A stretch of 57,328 nt of DNA from NCBI GenBank assembly GCA_017648065.1, contig JAGCJJ010000092.1:1-57328 (forward strand), written 5' to 3'. Source of the DNA: Kiritimatiellia bacterium. Its GTDB lineage: Bacteria; Verrucomicrobiota; Kiritimatiellia; RFP12; UBA3636. The translations under genes were made by a program, and so were the position numbers. Shown one piece after another: positions 9,060-18,013 of this stretch. The notes under the pieces were generated by a model. The model was given only the letters and a program-made list of their open reading frames with translations. It did not search any database and was not told the DNA's origin. The number at the start of each line of letters is the position of its first letter. Positions within the stretch are counted from its first letter, which is position 1.

Positions 9060-10847
9060 TTATTCTCGTTCAGATAGCTCTGCCCAACGGTCAACTAGCT
9101 GCTCCAGTTGTTGCTCCAGTTCTGCCATTTGTTGGGCCTTTTGTACTGCAATTGCAGGCTGAGTTGCAAATAATTGCGGATCATCTAGCTCTGCTTTTAA
9201 TGCAGCTAATTCCATTTCTAGGCCCTCAATCTTTTCAGGAAGCGCAGCCAGCTCTCGCTTTTCCATATAGCCAAGACGATTTGATTTTTTCCGTTCTGGC
9301 TCTGACTTTTCCTGTTCCTTCTGCTCTGCTTTTTGCTTATCTTGCTCTGCCTTTTTCTCAACCTTACGTTGACGCAGCCAATCTTCATAACCTCCTGGGA
9401 ATACCCCAACAGATCCATCTCCCTCAAGCACAAGCGACGAAGTGACTACATTATCCAAGAAGGTTCTGTCATGGCTTACAAGTATTAAAGTACCACCATA
9501 ATTTAATAATTGCTCTTCAAGTAGCTCAAGTGTCTCAATATCTAAATCATTTGTCGGCTCATCCATAACCAACAAATTACCTGGATTTAGAAATAACTTT
9601 GCCAAAATAAGTCGAGCACGCTCTCCTCCTGAAAGTGCACTGACTGGACATTTAGCACGCTCTGGAGTAAATAGAAAATCCTGTAAATAGCTGAAAACAT
9701 GGCGGCTGACACCATTTACCATCACTTGGTCCTTACCCTCTGCAAGGTTACTAATCACAGTGCCGTTCATATCAAGTGCGGCATGAAGCTGATCAAACAT
9801 AGCTAGCTCCACTCTGCTACCCAATTCAATCTCTCCAGAGGTTGGTTGTAGCTCTCCGGCAAGTAACTTTAGAAGTGTTGTTTTTCCTGTTCCATTCTTT
9901 CCAATTACACCAACACGCTCTCCTCGAAGAATATTTCCTGTGAAGGCTTTTACTATTGGCTTATCATCGGAGTATGAGAAAGACAAATCTTTTACCTTAA
10001 CCACCTGCATACCAGAGCTTGAAGCAGCTCCGATTTGCAGCTTACTTACACCTGACTGTTGTCTACGTAACCTAAACTCCTCACGTAACTTACGTAAAGC
10101 CTCCACACGCCCCTCATTTCTTGTAGTACGCGCTTTTACACCACGGCGAATCCAGGCCTCTTCCTTTTCAAGTTTTTTGCCCTTGCGAGTCCAATAAACC
10201 TCTTCATCTGCCAACAGTTCAGCCTTGCGCTTAAGGAAGGTGCGATAATCACAATCCCAACCCGCAAGACGGCCTCTATCAAGATCAAGAATGCGTAAAG
10301 CTGTCTTTTGAAGAAAAGCTCGGTCATGCGTTACAAACAAGCAGGCACAACGTAATTTTGCAAGCACGCCTTCAAGAAAGATAATAGACTCAATATCAAG
10401 ATGATTTGTAGGTTCATCAAGTAATAATAATTGTGGATCAGTAGCGAGAGCTGCAGCTAAGCGTACACGACGGCGCATTCCACCAGAAAGGCTGTTAAAT
10501 TCAGCAGAACCATCTAATCCTAAAAGCGTTACATAACGGGCAGCAAGTGGAGTAACAACTCCGTCAACAAGAAGAAGATCCTTTGTTACAATATCCATCA
10601 CTGTTCCCGGAGTGTCTCCAGGTACATCCTGAGAAAGAAAAGCTGTACGTAAATTTGGTGCACGAATTATCTCTCCAGCATCAGGCTCGATAATTCCTGC
10701 TACCAACTTTAACAACGTAGATTTACCCTCGCCATTTCGACCGGTAATACATGTGCGCTCTCCCTCCTCTACGGAAAAAGTTACATCCTCAAGGACAGAT
10801 GGACCACCAAATCCTATATTTACATTACGAAAAGTTATTAATGCCAT
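9060..10847 (-). CDS. uup: ABC-F family ATPase, Uup-like
   Basis: Two ABC domains (GRNGEGKST / LSGG / LLLLDEPTNHLD; GKNGTGKTT / LSGGERAR / DEPTNDLD), the Uup linker EAWIRRGVKARTTRNEGRVEAL, and a C-terminal coiled coil (EKRELAALPEKIE...RWAEL). Confidence 0.9.
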   Translation of the reverse strand: MALITFRNVNIGFGGPSVLEDVTFSVEEGERTCITGRNGEGKSTLLKLVAGIIEPDAGEIIRAPNLRTAFLSQDVPGDTPGTVMDIVTKDLLLVDGVVTPLAARYVTLLGLDGSAEFNSLSGGMRRRVRLAAALATDPQLLLLDEPTNHLDIESIIFLEGVLAKLRCACLFVTHDRAFLQKTALRILDLDRGRLAGWDCDYRTFLKRKAELLADEEVYWTRKGKKLEKEEAWIRRGVKARTTRNEGRVEALRKLREEFRLRRQQSGVSKLQIGAASSSGMQVVKVKDLSFSYSDDKPIVKAFTGNILRGERVGVIGKNGTGKTTLLKLLAGELQPTSGEIELGSRVELAMFDQLHAALDMNGTVISNLAEGKDQVMVNGVSRHVFSYLQDFLFTPERAKCPVSALSGGERARLILAKLFLNPGNLLVMDEPTNDLDIETLELLEEQLLNYGGTLILVSHDRTFLDNVVTSSLVLEGDGSVGVFPGGYEDWLRQRKVEKKAEQDKQKAEQKEQEKSEPERKKSNRLGYMEKRELAALPEKIEGLEMELAALKAELDDPQLFATQPAIAVQKAQQMAELEQQLEQLVDRWAELSERE

Positions 10848-10881
10848 AAAATAAAAACTATATTTGTTAAAACCCGTAAAT

Positions 10882-10911
10882 AATCTATCAAAAAATAATT
10901 TATCTTGTCAA
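10882..10911 (-). promoter_or_regulatory. Putative sigma70 promoter of uup
   Basis: Minus strand TTGACA-N18-TAGATT with an extended TGn element; the -35 sits inside the palindrome cttgtc-aaa-gacaag (10904-10918). Confidence 0.5.
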
Positions 10912-11217
10912 AGACAAGTAGGGTCTCACTTATATTAATCCATACAATAATACTTAATAGATAGGAGACAAACAACATTTTCATGCTAATACAAATATGA
11001 TTTTGCAGCGAATATTTAGCATAAATATTTAATAAAAAACAAATATAATTCAAACAAAATTTTCTTGCAAACAATGCAAAAATATGTAACAATAAGTACA
11101 TAAAAGATGGGTTTATTTTGCGGTTTATGATATAGGAATTACATTATTTTGCAAATATAGAAAGATAATTTAAGGCAAACCAACAAGCCTGTTTTTGGGC
11201 ACGGAAAGGAAATTTAT

Positions 11218-13002
11218 ATGGTTCAACAACACAACAAAATTTCTCGACAGACAGATTTTGTAGCATTCAATGCAATTGAGCATGTAGAAGCTTCTTTGAA
11301 TTATCTAACTAAAATGACTGATGCAAAATTGGGATATCTTCCTTATTGGTTTGTATCATTAAGCGGAGGACCTGCATTTGCTGAACATAATCGAATAGAT
11401 GATGCAGAGCTTGTCGCATCCTGGTATGAAGGAATTTCCTCAGCCCGTGAAATTTTAAAGACGCACAATGGTGCAGAAGTTGAACAAGCGCTTTACGATA
11501 AGCTAATAAAAGAAGGCTGGGATTCAAAAACAGGACTTCGCTTCCCTATTCAGCGCCCTTGGTCCCCAGAGCTTACATACTGCACTATTCATGAACAAGC
11601 ATATGTTCTTTCCGCACTTGTTCGAGCTATTTCTATTGACCCTAAAGATAGCAGTGCTATAAAGCGTGCAAAAGGTCTTGTTGATGGATTAAACAAGCTC
11701 GTAACAAAGCATACTTCTCGCGCTATGTGGTTCGGACAAATTGAATATACGGAGCCATCTCTTTCTTTCCCTCTTGATGTTTACATTTTAGGTAAAGGTT
11801 TCAGCAATGAAATTAATACAGGTTGGGGCGATAGTGTACTAAGAAATGCAGCTATCATCACACCACTTGTTGACTATTATGAATTAACAGATTATGAGCC
11901 TGCATTAGAGCTTGCTATTGGACTGTCAAACCACCTAACAACATATAGCCACTACTTGAATTTCAAAATGGAATTTTTCGGACATGTTAATTCTGCACTA
12001 TGGATTTCTTCTGGCTTAATCAAACTAGGTCGAATTCTTACTAATGATCGCTTTGTAGCTCGTGGCAAAGCAATTTATGATTATGTTCGTAATTATTGCT
12101 CTGCATTTGGATGGGTTCCAGAGTTTATGCATTGGCAGCTGTTAGCTGACGAGCGCTGCGAAGCTTCATGTATTAAAAATCTAATGCGCAGCGCACAAGA
12201 GCTTGTACTAAGTGGTTTCCCTGAATATTGGGATGACATTCATCGTTTCTGGCGCAATCATCTAGCAAACAGCCAGTTAACCTACACCAATTTTATTAAG
12301 GAAGACAATTCTATTGAGGACACAGAACAGCGCACTTTCAAAAATATGCGTGAGCGTGTTAAAGGAGCTGGTTTTGGAGCATCAATGCCAAACACCGTTG
12401 AAATGAATAGATTCAACACAATTTCAGGCTCTTCTTCTGCAGCTATTCCTATTGCTATGCTTATGGCATGGAAATCAACTATTGAAAGTAATAAGAATAT
12501 GGTTCTTATTAACTTCCCAGTTAATATTGAAACCCCTGATGTTAAAGTTGAGGTTGGCTACCCTAATGCCGGTTATATCCGCGTAAAGCTTAATCGAGAT
12601 TGTCGCGTAATTCTACGTATCTATCCATGGATGCCATCCCCTCATGAAGGAACAATTGACGGACGCCCTGCATGCTTGGAGCGTAGAGATGATTTAATTG
12701 CATTCTCCCCATCAACAAAGGGAACAATTATTGAACTAAGACACGAATTAAAAACACGCCGTATCATGGAAAATGTTGGTGGTATGAGCTATTTTGGTTT
12801 ATGGCGAGGTCCGGAAATGGTTGATATTTTACCTCACGCCAGCTATGGTTACAGACTATATCAGCGTGCTGTTGACGGAGAAAAAGACTATCCAAATATA
12901 GCTAGCAATATTTCTCCACTGAACCGAAAAATTGAAGTTATTCCAGAGCCTCAACCATTGAAGGAAACAAGATTAAATCGTCGCCGCGCACCACGTTCAT
13001 AA
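11218..13002 (+). CDS. Cytoplasmic GH127/GH146-like (beta-L-arabinofuranosidase-fold) protein with a degenerate active site
   Basis: 594 aa with SD-like ggaaagga. Helical-barrel-type region with GHVNS, GWVPE and CEASC, then a beta-sandwich (YPNAGYIRV...LRIYPW...WRGP) as in GH127-like proteins. Family call is from motif memory. Confidence 0.5.
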   Translation: MVQQHNKISRQTDFVAFNAIEHVEASLNYLTKMTDAKLGYLPYWFVSLSGGPAFAEHNRIDDAELVASWYEGISSAREILKTHNGAEVEQALYDKLIKEGWDSKTGLRFPIQRPWSPELTYCTIHEQAYVLSALVRAISIDPKDSSAIKRAKGLVDGLNKLVTKHTSRAMWFGQIEYTEPSLSFPLDVYILGKGFSNEINTGWGDSVLRNAAIITPLVDYYELTDYEPALELAIGLSNHLTTYSHYLNFKMEFFGHVNSALWISSGLIKLGRILTNDRFVARGKAIYDYVRNYCSAFGWVPEFMHWQLLADERCEASCIKNLMRSAQELVLSGFPEYWDDIHRFWRNHLANSQLTYTNFIKEDNSIEDTEQRTFKNMRERVKGAGFGASMPNTVEMNRFNTISGSSSAAIPIAMLMAWKSTIESNKNMVLINFPVNIETPDVKVEVGYPNAGYIRVKLNRDCRVILRIYPWMPSPHEGTIDGRPACLERRDDLIAFSPSTKGTIIELRHELKTRRIMENVGGMSYFGLWRGPEMVDILPHASYGYRLYQRAVDGEKDYPNIASNISPLNRKIEVIPEPQPLKETRLNRRRAPRS

Positions 13003-13067
13003 TATAGATATAGAATATCGCGTCGTAGATATTAGTCAATGGGGCTCCCCCATCAACCTAATCTGTT

Positions 13068-13101
13068 GGGTCGAGGCTTTTGCTCTCGGCCCTTCTGTTT
13101 T
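13068..13101 (+). terminator. Intrinsic terminator or attenuator hairpin between the GH127-like gene and murD
   Basis: gggtcgag-gc-tttt-gc-t-ctcggccc followed by ttctgtttt. Confidence 0.6.
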
Positions 13102-13122
13102 AATAAAATCCAACGTATCATT

Positions 13123-14508
13123 ATGTCTTTACCAACACAATTCAAAAACAGAAATCATGCACTAGTACTTGGTGCAGGCATCAGTGGATTATCTGCTGCA
13201 TCTCTTTTAATATCCAAAGGATATAAAGTAACTGTTTTGGGCAGTTGCAATAACGAAGAGAAAAAGACACAACTGGCAACACTTGGCGTCAAATTTGATG
13301 TTTCGGAAATGGACTCATACATTCAAAACTTTTGTGATTCCAAAGAAAACACATCTAAAATTTTTGCTGTACTAAGCCCTGGCATCAGCCCAAAATCTAA
13401 TCCAATCAAACTATTGTATCAAGCACAAATCCCTATTATTGGAGAAATGGAATTAGGGCTTACTCTTGGAGATAAATTACTCAAATTTATTGCAATAACA
13501 GGAAGTAAAGGGAAGAGCTCAATCGTAAAACTTATTGCGGATACACTTACCCAAGCAGGTAAACCAGCCATACCATGTGGAAATTACGGAACAGCCACCT
13601 GCAGTGTCGCAGAAACGAATGAAAGTGTAATTCCTGTCGTTGAATGCAGCAGCTTTCAATTAGAAACCACAACCTCTGAATTTTCACCTTATGCGGCTCT
13701 GTTATTAAATCTTTCTCCAGACCATCTCGATAGACATTCCTCTATGGAAGAATATCGTGATGCTAAACTACGTATTTTCTCACACTGCTCAGGAATAAAG
13801 CTTATTCCTGAAACTTGTGATTACAATATCGACGAGTCAATTACAAAACAAGGCATGCAAATTGATTCATTCACACGTTTTGGCACCTCCCCTTCTTCTG
13901 CTTACAAGTATATTGAAGGTAAAATCTACATCTCTGCAACAGGAGAATATATAAACATATCTGGAAGCTACTTTGACAATTCAATTATTGGCCCCGGAGC
14001 AGCTGCTGCAGTAGCAATTCTATTAGAATATGGTTTAACTATCAAACAAATTGAAGACGGCTTTAAGAATTTTGTTCCTCTAAATCACCGAATGCAAAAA
14101 ATACGCGAATTAGAAGGAGTTACATTCATTAATGACTCAAAAGCCACTAGCATAGCAGCACTTTTTGCTGGTTGCAAAATGGCATCAAAAGCCAAAAAAC
14201 CGATTTATTTGATTGCTGGTGGAAAATTAAAAGAAAAAATATCATTAAACGCAAATGATTTAGTAGATTTTTACGTTAAAAAAGTGTATATTATAGGTGA
14301 ATGTTTAGAGGAAATGGCGAGCGCATGGGAAAAAGACATCGCTATTGAGCGTTGCTACACCATGGATGTCGCTGTAAATCAAGCATTTAAGGCAGCAAAA
14401 GAGGAAGAAAGCATTATTCTTCTTTCTCCAGGAACTGCCAGCTTTGATCAATTTAAATCTTATAACCAACGTGGAGAATGCTTTACTAAATTGGTAGAGC
14501 AGCTATAA
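13123..14508 (+). CDS. murD: UDP-N-acetylmuramoyl-L-alanine--D-glutamate ligase (461 aa; start revised from 13039)
   Basis: LVLGAGISG, SPGI, AITGSKGKSS, GNYG, ECSSFQLE, LNLSPDHLDRH, HRMQ, NDSKAT, LLSPGTASFDQF...RG. Confidence 0.93.
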   Translation: MSLPTQFKNRNHALVLGAGISGLSAASLLISKGYKVTVLGSCNNEEKKTQLATLGVKFDVSEMDSYIQNFCDSKENTSKIFAVLSPGISPKSNPIKLLYQAQIPIIGEMELGLTLGDKLLKFIAITGSKGKSSIVKLIADTLTQAGKPAIPCGNYGTATCSVAETNESVIPVVECSSFQLETTTSEFSPYAALLLNLSPDHLDRHSSMEEYRDAKLRIFSHCSGIKLIPETCDYNIDESITKQGMQIDSFTRFGTSPSSAYKYIEGKIYISATGEYINISGSYFDNSIIGPGAAAAVAILLEYGLTIKQIEDGFKNFVPLNHRMQKIRELEGVTFINDSKATSIAALFAGCKMASKAKKPIYLIAGGKLKEKISLNANDLVDFYVKKVYIIGECLEEMASAWEKDIAIERCYTMDVAVNQAFKAAKEEESIILLSPGTASFDQFKSYNQRGECFTKLVEQL

Positions 14509-14545
14509 TTCGGATTATAGTCTTCCAAACTCAAGGAGTATATAC

Positions 14546-15922
14546 ATGAACAAAAAACTAACTACAGCTATGGCTGGTAATATTGCTCTAGCAATGATTA
14601 TGGCAACAGGCTGCCAGTCTCTAATGACAAACCGTACAGCAATGGGCTCAGGCGATGATGATCCTTATTCTTCAGCACCTGTAGTTAATATCGAAGAAAG
14701 AGGAACCTCTACTCCTGACCAAATAACACCAAAAACACTTGGTGAAGAAGCTTATGCAACAGTAGCAGAGGCAAAGGAAACTGCTAAGAAAGCAGAAGAT
14801 GATACTGAGGCAAAGATTGCTGAGGCTGAAGAAAGTGCTAATGAAAAGATTGCTGAGGCAGAAAAGGATGCTAAAGAGGCTGTAGATGCTGTTGACGAGC
14901 AAGCAAAAAAAGAGCCTTCATATCAAAAGTATATTATTCCTGCAGATTACAAGAACCCAACAGAAGGTCTAACTCCAACTAAGGAGCGCCCAGATCGCTC
15001 TGCTAAAGAAGAAGAAGAAAAAGCTGAAGCAGCAGATGCTCCTGCAACTGTTGACGAAGACGGCAATTTCACATACATTGTAAAATCAGGTGACTGCCTA
15101 TCTGTTATCGCAAATAGCAATGGTGTAAAAACAAAAGAGCTAGCAAAAATCAACAACATCAATGTTGACACTCCTATTTTTGTTGGTCAAAAGCTAAAGA
15201 TTCCTGCAGGTCGCAAGCCTTTCGAATCAAAGAAGGAAGAAAAAGTTGAGACTCCTGCAGATGATTCTGTTTACGTAGTAAAATCTGGCGATTGCCTATC
15301 TGTCATCGCTAAAAACTATGGCGTAAAGACATCTGATTTCATGAATGAAAACAATTTAGAAAATGCAAATCAAATTTATGTTGGCCAAAAGCTAAAGATT
15401 CCTGGAAAGGCAAAAAAAGCTCCTACTGCAGAGACACCTGCAACTAACGAGCCTGCTCCAACAAAAGAACCAAAGAATGAGGTTGCAAATGAGGCTCCTG
15501 CTCCTGTTGCAGAAAAAGAGCCAGTTAAGAATGACCCATTCGATCTAGATCAGAAGACAGAAGATAAATTTGCTCCTGCTGCTCAGGAAGAGGCACCAGC
15601 TCCTGCTACAGAAACAAAGGAAAAGACAGAGGCAATCGTAGTTCCTCCTGCTCCTGTTGAGGCAGAAGAAACTGTAGAAGAGGCAGACCCATTTGATATT
15701 GATAGCGTTATTCAAAACTTCGAGAACAATGCACAGCAAAAAGCTAACGAAGTAATCGAGAAAATTGAAAACGTAAAAGTTGAAAAAGGTGACACTCTTG
15801 AGCTTATCGCAGCAAACTACAGCACAACTGCTGAAGAGCTACGCAAGCTAAATGGCTTTGACAGCTCTAAGAAGCTAAAGGCTGGCGAAATCATTAAGAT
15901 TCCTGCTCAGACAACAAAGTAA
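14546..15922 (+). CDS. Lipoprotein with three LysM domains and acidic Ala/Glu/Pro-rich linkers
   Basis: Lipobox MATG-C23. LysM domains at about 15074-15205, 15272-15403 and 15773-15904 (Y.VKSGDCLSVIA...GQKLKIP twice; VEKGDTLELIA...GEIIKIP). SD aaggag. Confidence 0.9.
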   Translation: MNKKLTTAMAGNIALAMIMATGCQSLMTNRTAMGSGDDDPYSSAPVVNIEERGTSTPDQITPKTLGEEAYATVAEAKETAKKAEDDTEAKIAEAEESANEKIAEAEKDAKEAVDAVDEQAKKEPSYQKYIIPADYKNPTEGLTPTKERPDRSAKEEEEKAEAADAPATVDEDGNFTYIVKSGDCLSVIANSNGVKTKELAKINNINVDTPIFVGQKLKIPAGRKPFESKKEEKVETPADDSVYVVKSGDCLSVIAKNYGVKTSDFMNENNLENANQIYVGQKLKIPGKAKKAPTAETPATNEPAPTKEPKNEVANEAPAPVAEKEPVKNDPFDLDQKTEDKFAPAAQEEAPAPATETKEKTEAIVVPPAPVEAEETVEEADPFDIDSVIQNFENNAQQKANEVIEKIENVKVEKGDTLELIAANYSTTAEELRKLNGFDSSKKLKAGEIIKIPAQTTK

Positions 15923-15935
15923 ACCCTACAGAATA

Positions 15936-17102
15936 ATGAAGCTGGCAATAAGTCTACTGATTACATCTGTACTTTTACTTTCATCGATTGGATTAGTAAT
16001 GATTTTTAGCGTGAGCTCTGTTGAAGGGCTCCGCATTTACAATGACTCATACCACTTCTTAAAAAATCAAGCATTATTCTTTATTGCAGCACTTACTGTT
16101 GCAACAATTATTTTTGCCATTCCTCTTGAAAAATGGTTTTCAAAAGGAATGGTTTATTTTTTAATCGGAGCTATTCTCATTGGTCTGATTGTTGTACATA
16201 TTCCTGGATTAGGCAAAGAAATCAAAGGCTCAAACCGTTGGGTACAACTTCCTGGAATTAGCCTTCAAACCTCTGAATTTATTAAAATCTCTGTCATCAT
16301 TTTAATGGCATGGTGGCAGGGTCAGCCATGGCGAAAAAATGCGGCTTTCAAAGAGGGCCTTCTTTATCCGGGAATTGGAGTTGGACTCGTTTGTGTTGGG
16401 TTACTATTACAACCAGACTTTGGCTCTGCAATTATGCTAGCTCTTATCTGCTGTTTAATGATGATTACAGCAGGAGTAAACATCCGCATTCTTGCAACAA
16501 TGGGAGCAACTGCTCTTGCCATTATCACTATTCTTGTTATCCATGACTCAGTACGCATCAAACGTGTTGTTCCAGTATTCTTGCTAAATATGCCTGAAGA
16601 AGTAGACCCAGAACTTCTCTCTGGACCACTCTACCAAGTTATTAGTGCAATCTCAGCCTTTAAGCATGGCGGTATTATTGGGAAAGGGCTAGGCAACAGC
16701 ATCTACAAAGAGCACTACATCCCTGAATACCATACCGACTTCATTCTCTCTATGATAGGAGAAGAACTCGGCATTATAGGCACAGCAAGTTGTGTTATCT
16801 TGATTCTTACTATTTTTATTTGCGGTCTATATATCAGCTACAAGGCAGAAAATTTTCAGCACCGCCTTTTAGCTCTCGGAATGACTTTACAAATATCCCT
16901 CTATTCTATCGTAAATACAGGTGTAGTTTGCGGACTATTTCCAACAAAAGGTTTGGCAATGCCATTTCTGAGCTATGGGGGAAGTAATCTGCTTTCATCA
17001 TTCATGGCCATCGGTTTTATTCTTGCGGTTGGAAGATATATTATTGAGAATGAAATCCCTGACAATACACCCCAACACAATGACACATTTTGGAATATGT
17101 AG
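15936..17102 (+). CDS. ftsW: SEDS peptidoglycan glycosyltransferase FtsW
   Basis: GLVMIFS, GSNRW, QTSEFIK, QPDFGS, GKGLGNS, IPEYHTDFI..IGEELG, PTKGLAMPFLSYGGS; sits in murD context. Confidence 0.9.
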   Translation: MKLAISLLITSVLLLSSIGLVMIFSVSSVEGLRIYNDSYHFLKNQALFFIAALTVATIIFAIPLEKWFSKGMVYFLIGAILIGLIVVHIPGLGKEIKGSNRWVQLPGISLQTSEFIKISVIILMAWWQGQPWRKNAAFKEGLLYPGIGVGLVCVGLLLQPDFGSAIMLALICCLMMITAGVNIRILATMGATALAIITILVIHDSVRIKRVVPVFLLNMPEEVDPELLSGPLYQVISAISAFKHGGIIGKGLGNSIYKEHYIPEYHTDFILSMIGEELGIIGTASCVILILTIFICGLYISYKAENFQHRLLALGMTLQISLYSIVNTGVVCGLFPTKGLAMPFLSYGGSNLLSSFMAIGFILAVGRYIIENEIPDNTPQHNDTFWNM

Positions 17103-17104
17103 CA

Positions 17105-18001
17105 ATGCCAAATTATCGTTCCCAATATAATTTCCCAACAGATATTTCCGGCACCACAGAACCAACTGCTCTTGTTCTTGGTTCAGGCACATCAACCGGT
17201 GTACCTATCATTCAATGTGGTTGTCCAGTATGCTTATCTACTAATCCATTTGACCATAGACTGCGCACCAGTGTTTATCTAAGCTGTGATGGCTTTGGAC
17301 TGCTGATTGACCCATCTGCTGATTTCAGATTACAAGCTCTAAGATATAGACTTCCACGAATTGATGCAGTTCTTGTTTCTCATGCACATGCTGACCATGT
17401 ATTTGGCATGGATGAATTACGGCAATATAATCGGCTACAGGAAGATGCAACAATCAATATTTATTCCAGAGATTTTGCCAATAAAACACTTACAGAAATT
17501 TTCAGCTATATAGTAAACTTCAAACCTAAAGCAAATGATCAGATGTATCGACCTCAACTTAACTTCTGCATCCTGCCTGAGTCTCCATACAAAATTGGGC
17601 CATTTACAATAGAGTCATTCATTATTCCACATGGCCCTGCAAAATCTACAGGCTTTAGAATTGAGGCAAAAGGGAAAACCTTTGGAATCGCATCCGATTG
17701 CAGCGAGTTAACAGAAGAAGCAATGGATAAATTTACAGGCGTAGATTTTCTTTTACTTGATGGGCTTCGAGATCGCCCTCACCCAAGCCACTTCTCTATT
17801 GGTACGGCTGTAGAAAAGATGCAAATTCTTAAGCCAAAAATTGGTAGATTCATACACATTAGCCACGATATTTCTCATTCAGATTTAGAAGCCAGATATC
17901 CTGAAAATTATGGTCCTGCCTACGATGGCATGAAGGTAATTCTTGGGAACCCAACGCCAGAGACTCCATCAAAAGAAGCTCTGAACTATATTAAATTCTA
18001 A
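17105..18001 (+). CDS. PhnP-like metallo-beta-lactamase-fold phosphodiesterase (ATG at 17105)
   Basis: LGSGTSTGVP..CGCPVC, SHAHADHVFGMDELR, HPSHF, HISH, PAYDG. Confidence 0.85.
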   Translation: MPNYRSQYNFPTDISGTTEPTALVLGSGTSTGVPIIQCGCPVCLSTNPFDHRLRTSVYLSCDGFGLLIDPSADFRLQALRYRLPRIDAVLVSHAHADHVFGMDELRQYNRLQEDATINIYSRDFANKTLTEIFSYIVNFKPKANDQMYRPQLNFCILPESPYKIGPFTIESFIIPHGPAKSTGFRIEAKGKTFGIASDCSELTEEAMDKFTGVDFLLLDGLRDRPHPSHFSIGTAVEKMQILKPKIGRFIHISHDISHSDLEARYPENYGPAYDGMKVILGNPTPETPSKEALNYIKF

Positions 18002-18013
18002 GAATAAAATACA

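Noticed and set aside
9002-9445. 147-aa + strand ORF and the many other short overlapping ORFs in the track
   Set aside because: Antisense or off-frame shadows of well-supported genes, with no motifs or RBS.
10838-11101. 87-aa minus-strand ORF upstream of uup
   Set aside because: Composition typical of translated AT-rich intergenic DNA; it spans the predicted uup promoter.
13036-13060. Fluoride riboswitch-like ATGGGGCTC..CCATCAACC
   Set aside because: The P1 pairing and the 3' CUrAUGAC..CUAC segment are absent, and murD is not a typical target.
13039-13122. N-terminal extensions in the ORF track for murD (also araA, GHL10, wzt, wzm, ppaC, gluQ, oppD)
   Set aside because: The extensions run through hairpins or promoters, or begin at TTG. 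Downstream ATGs match the expected family N-termini, so starts were revised.
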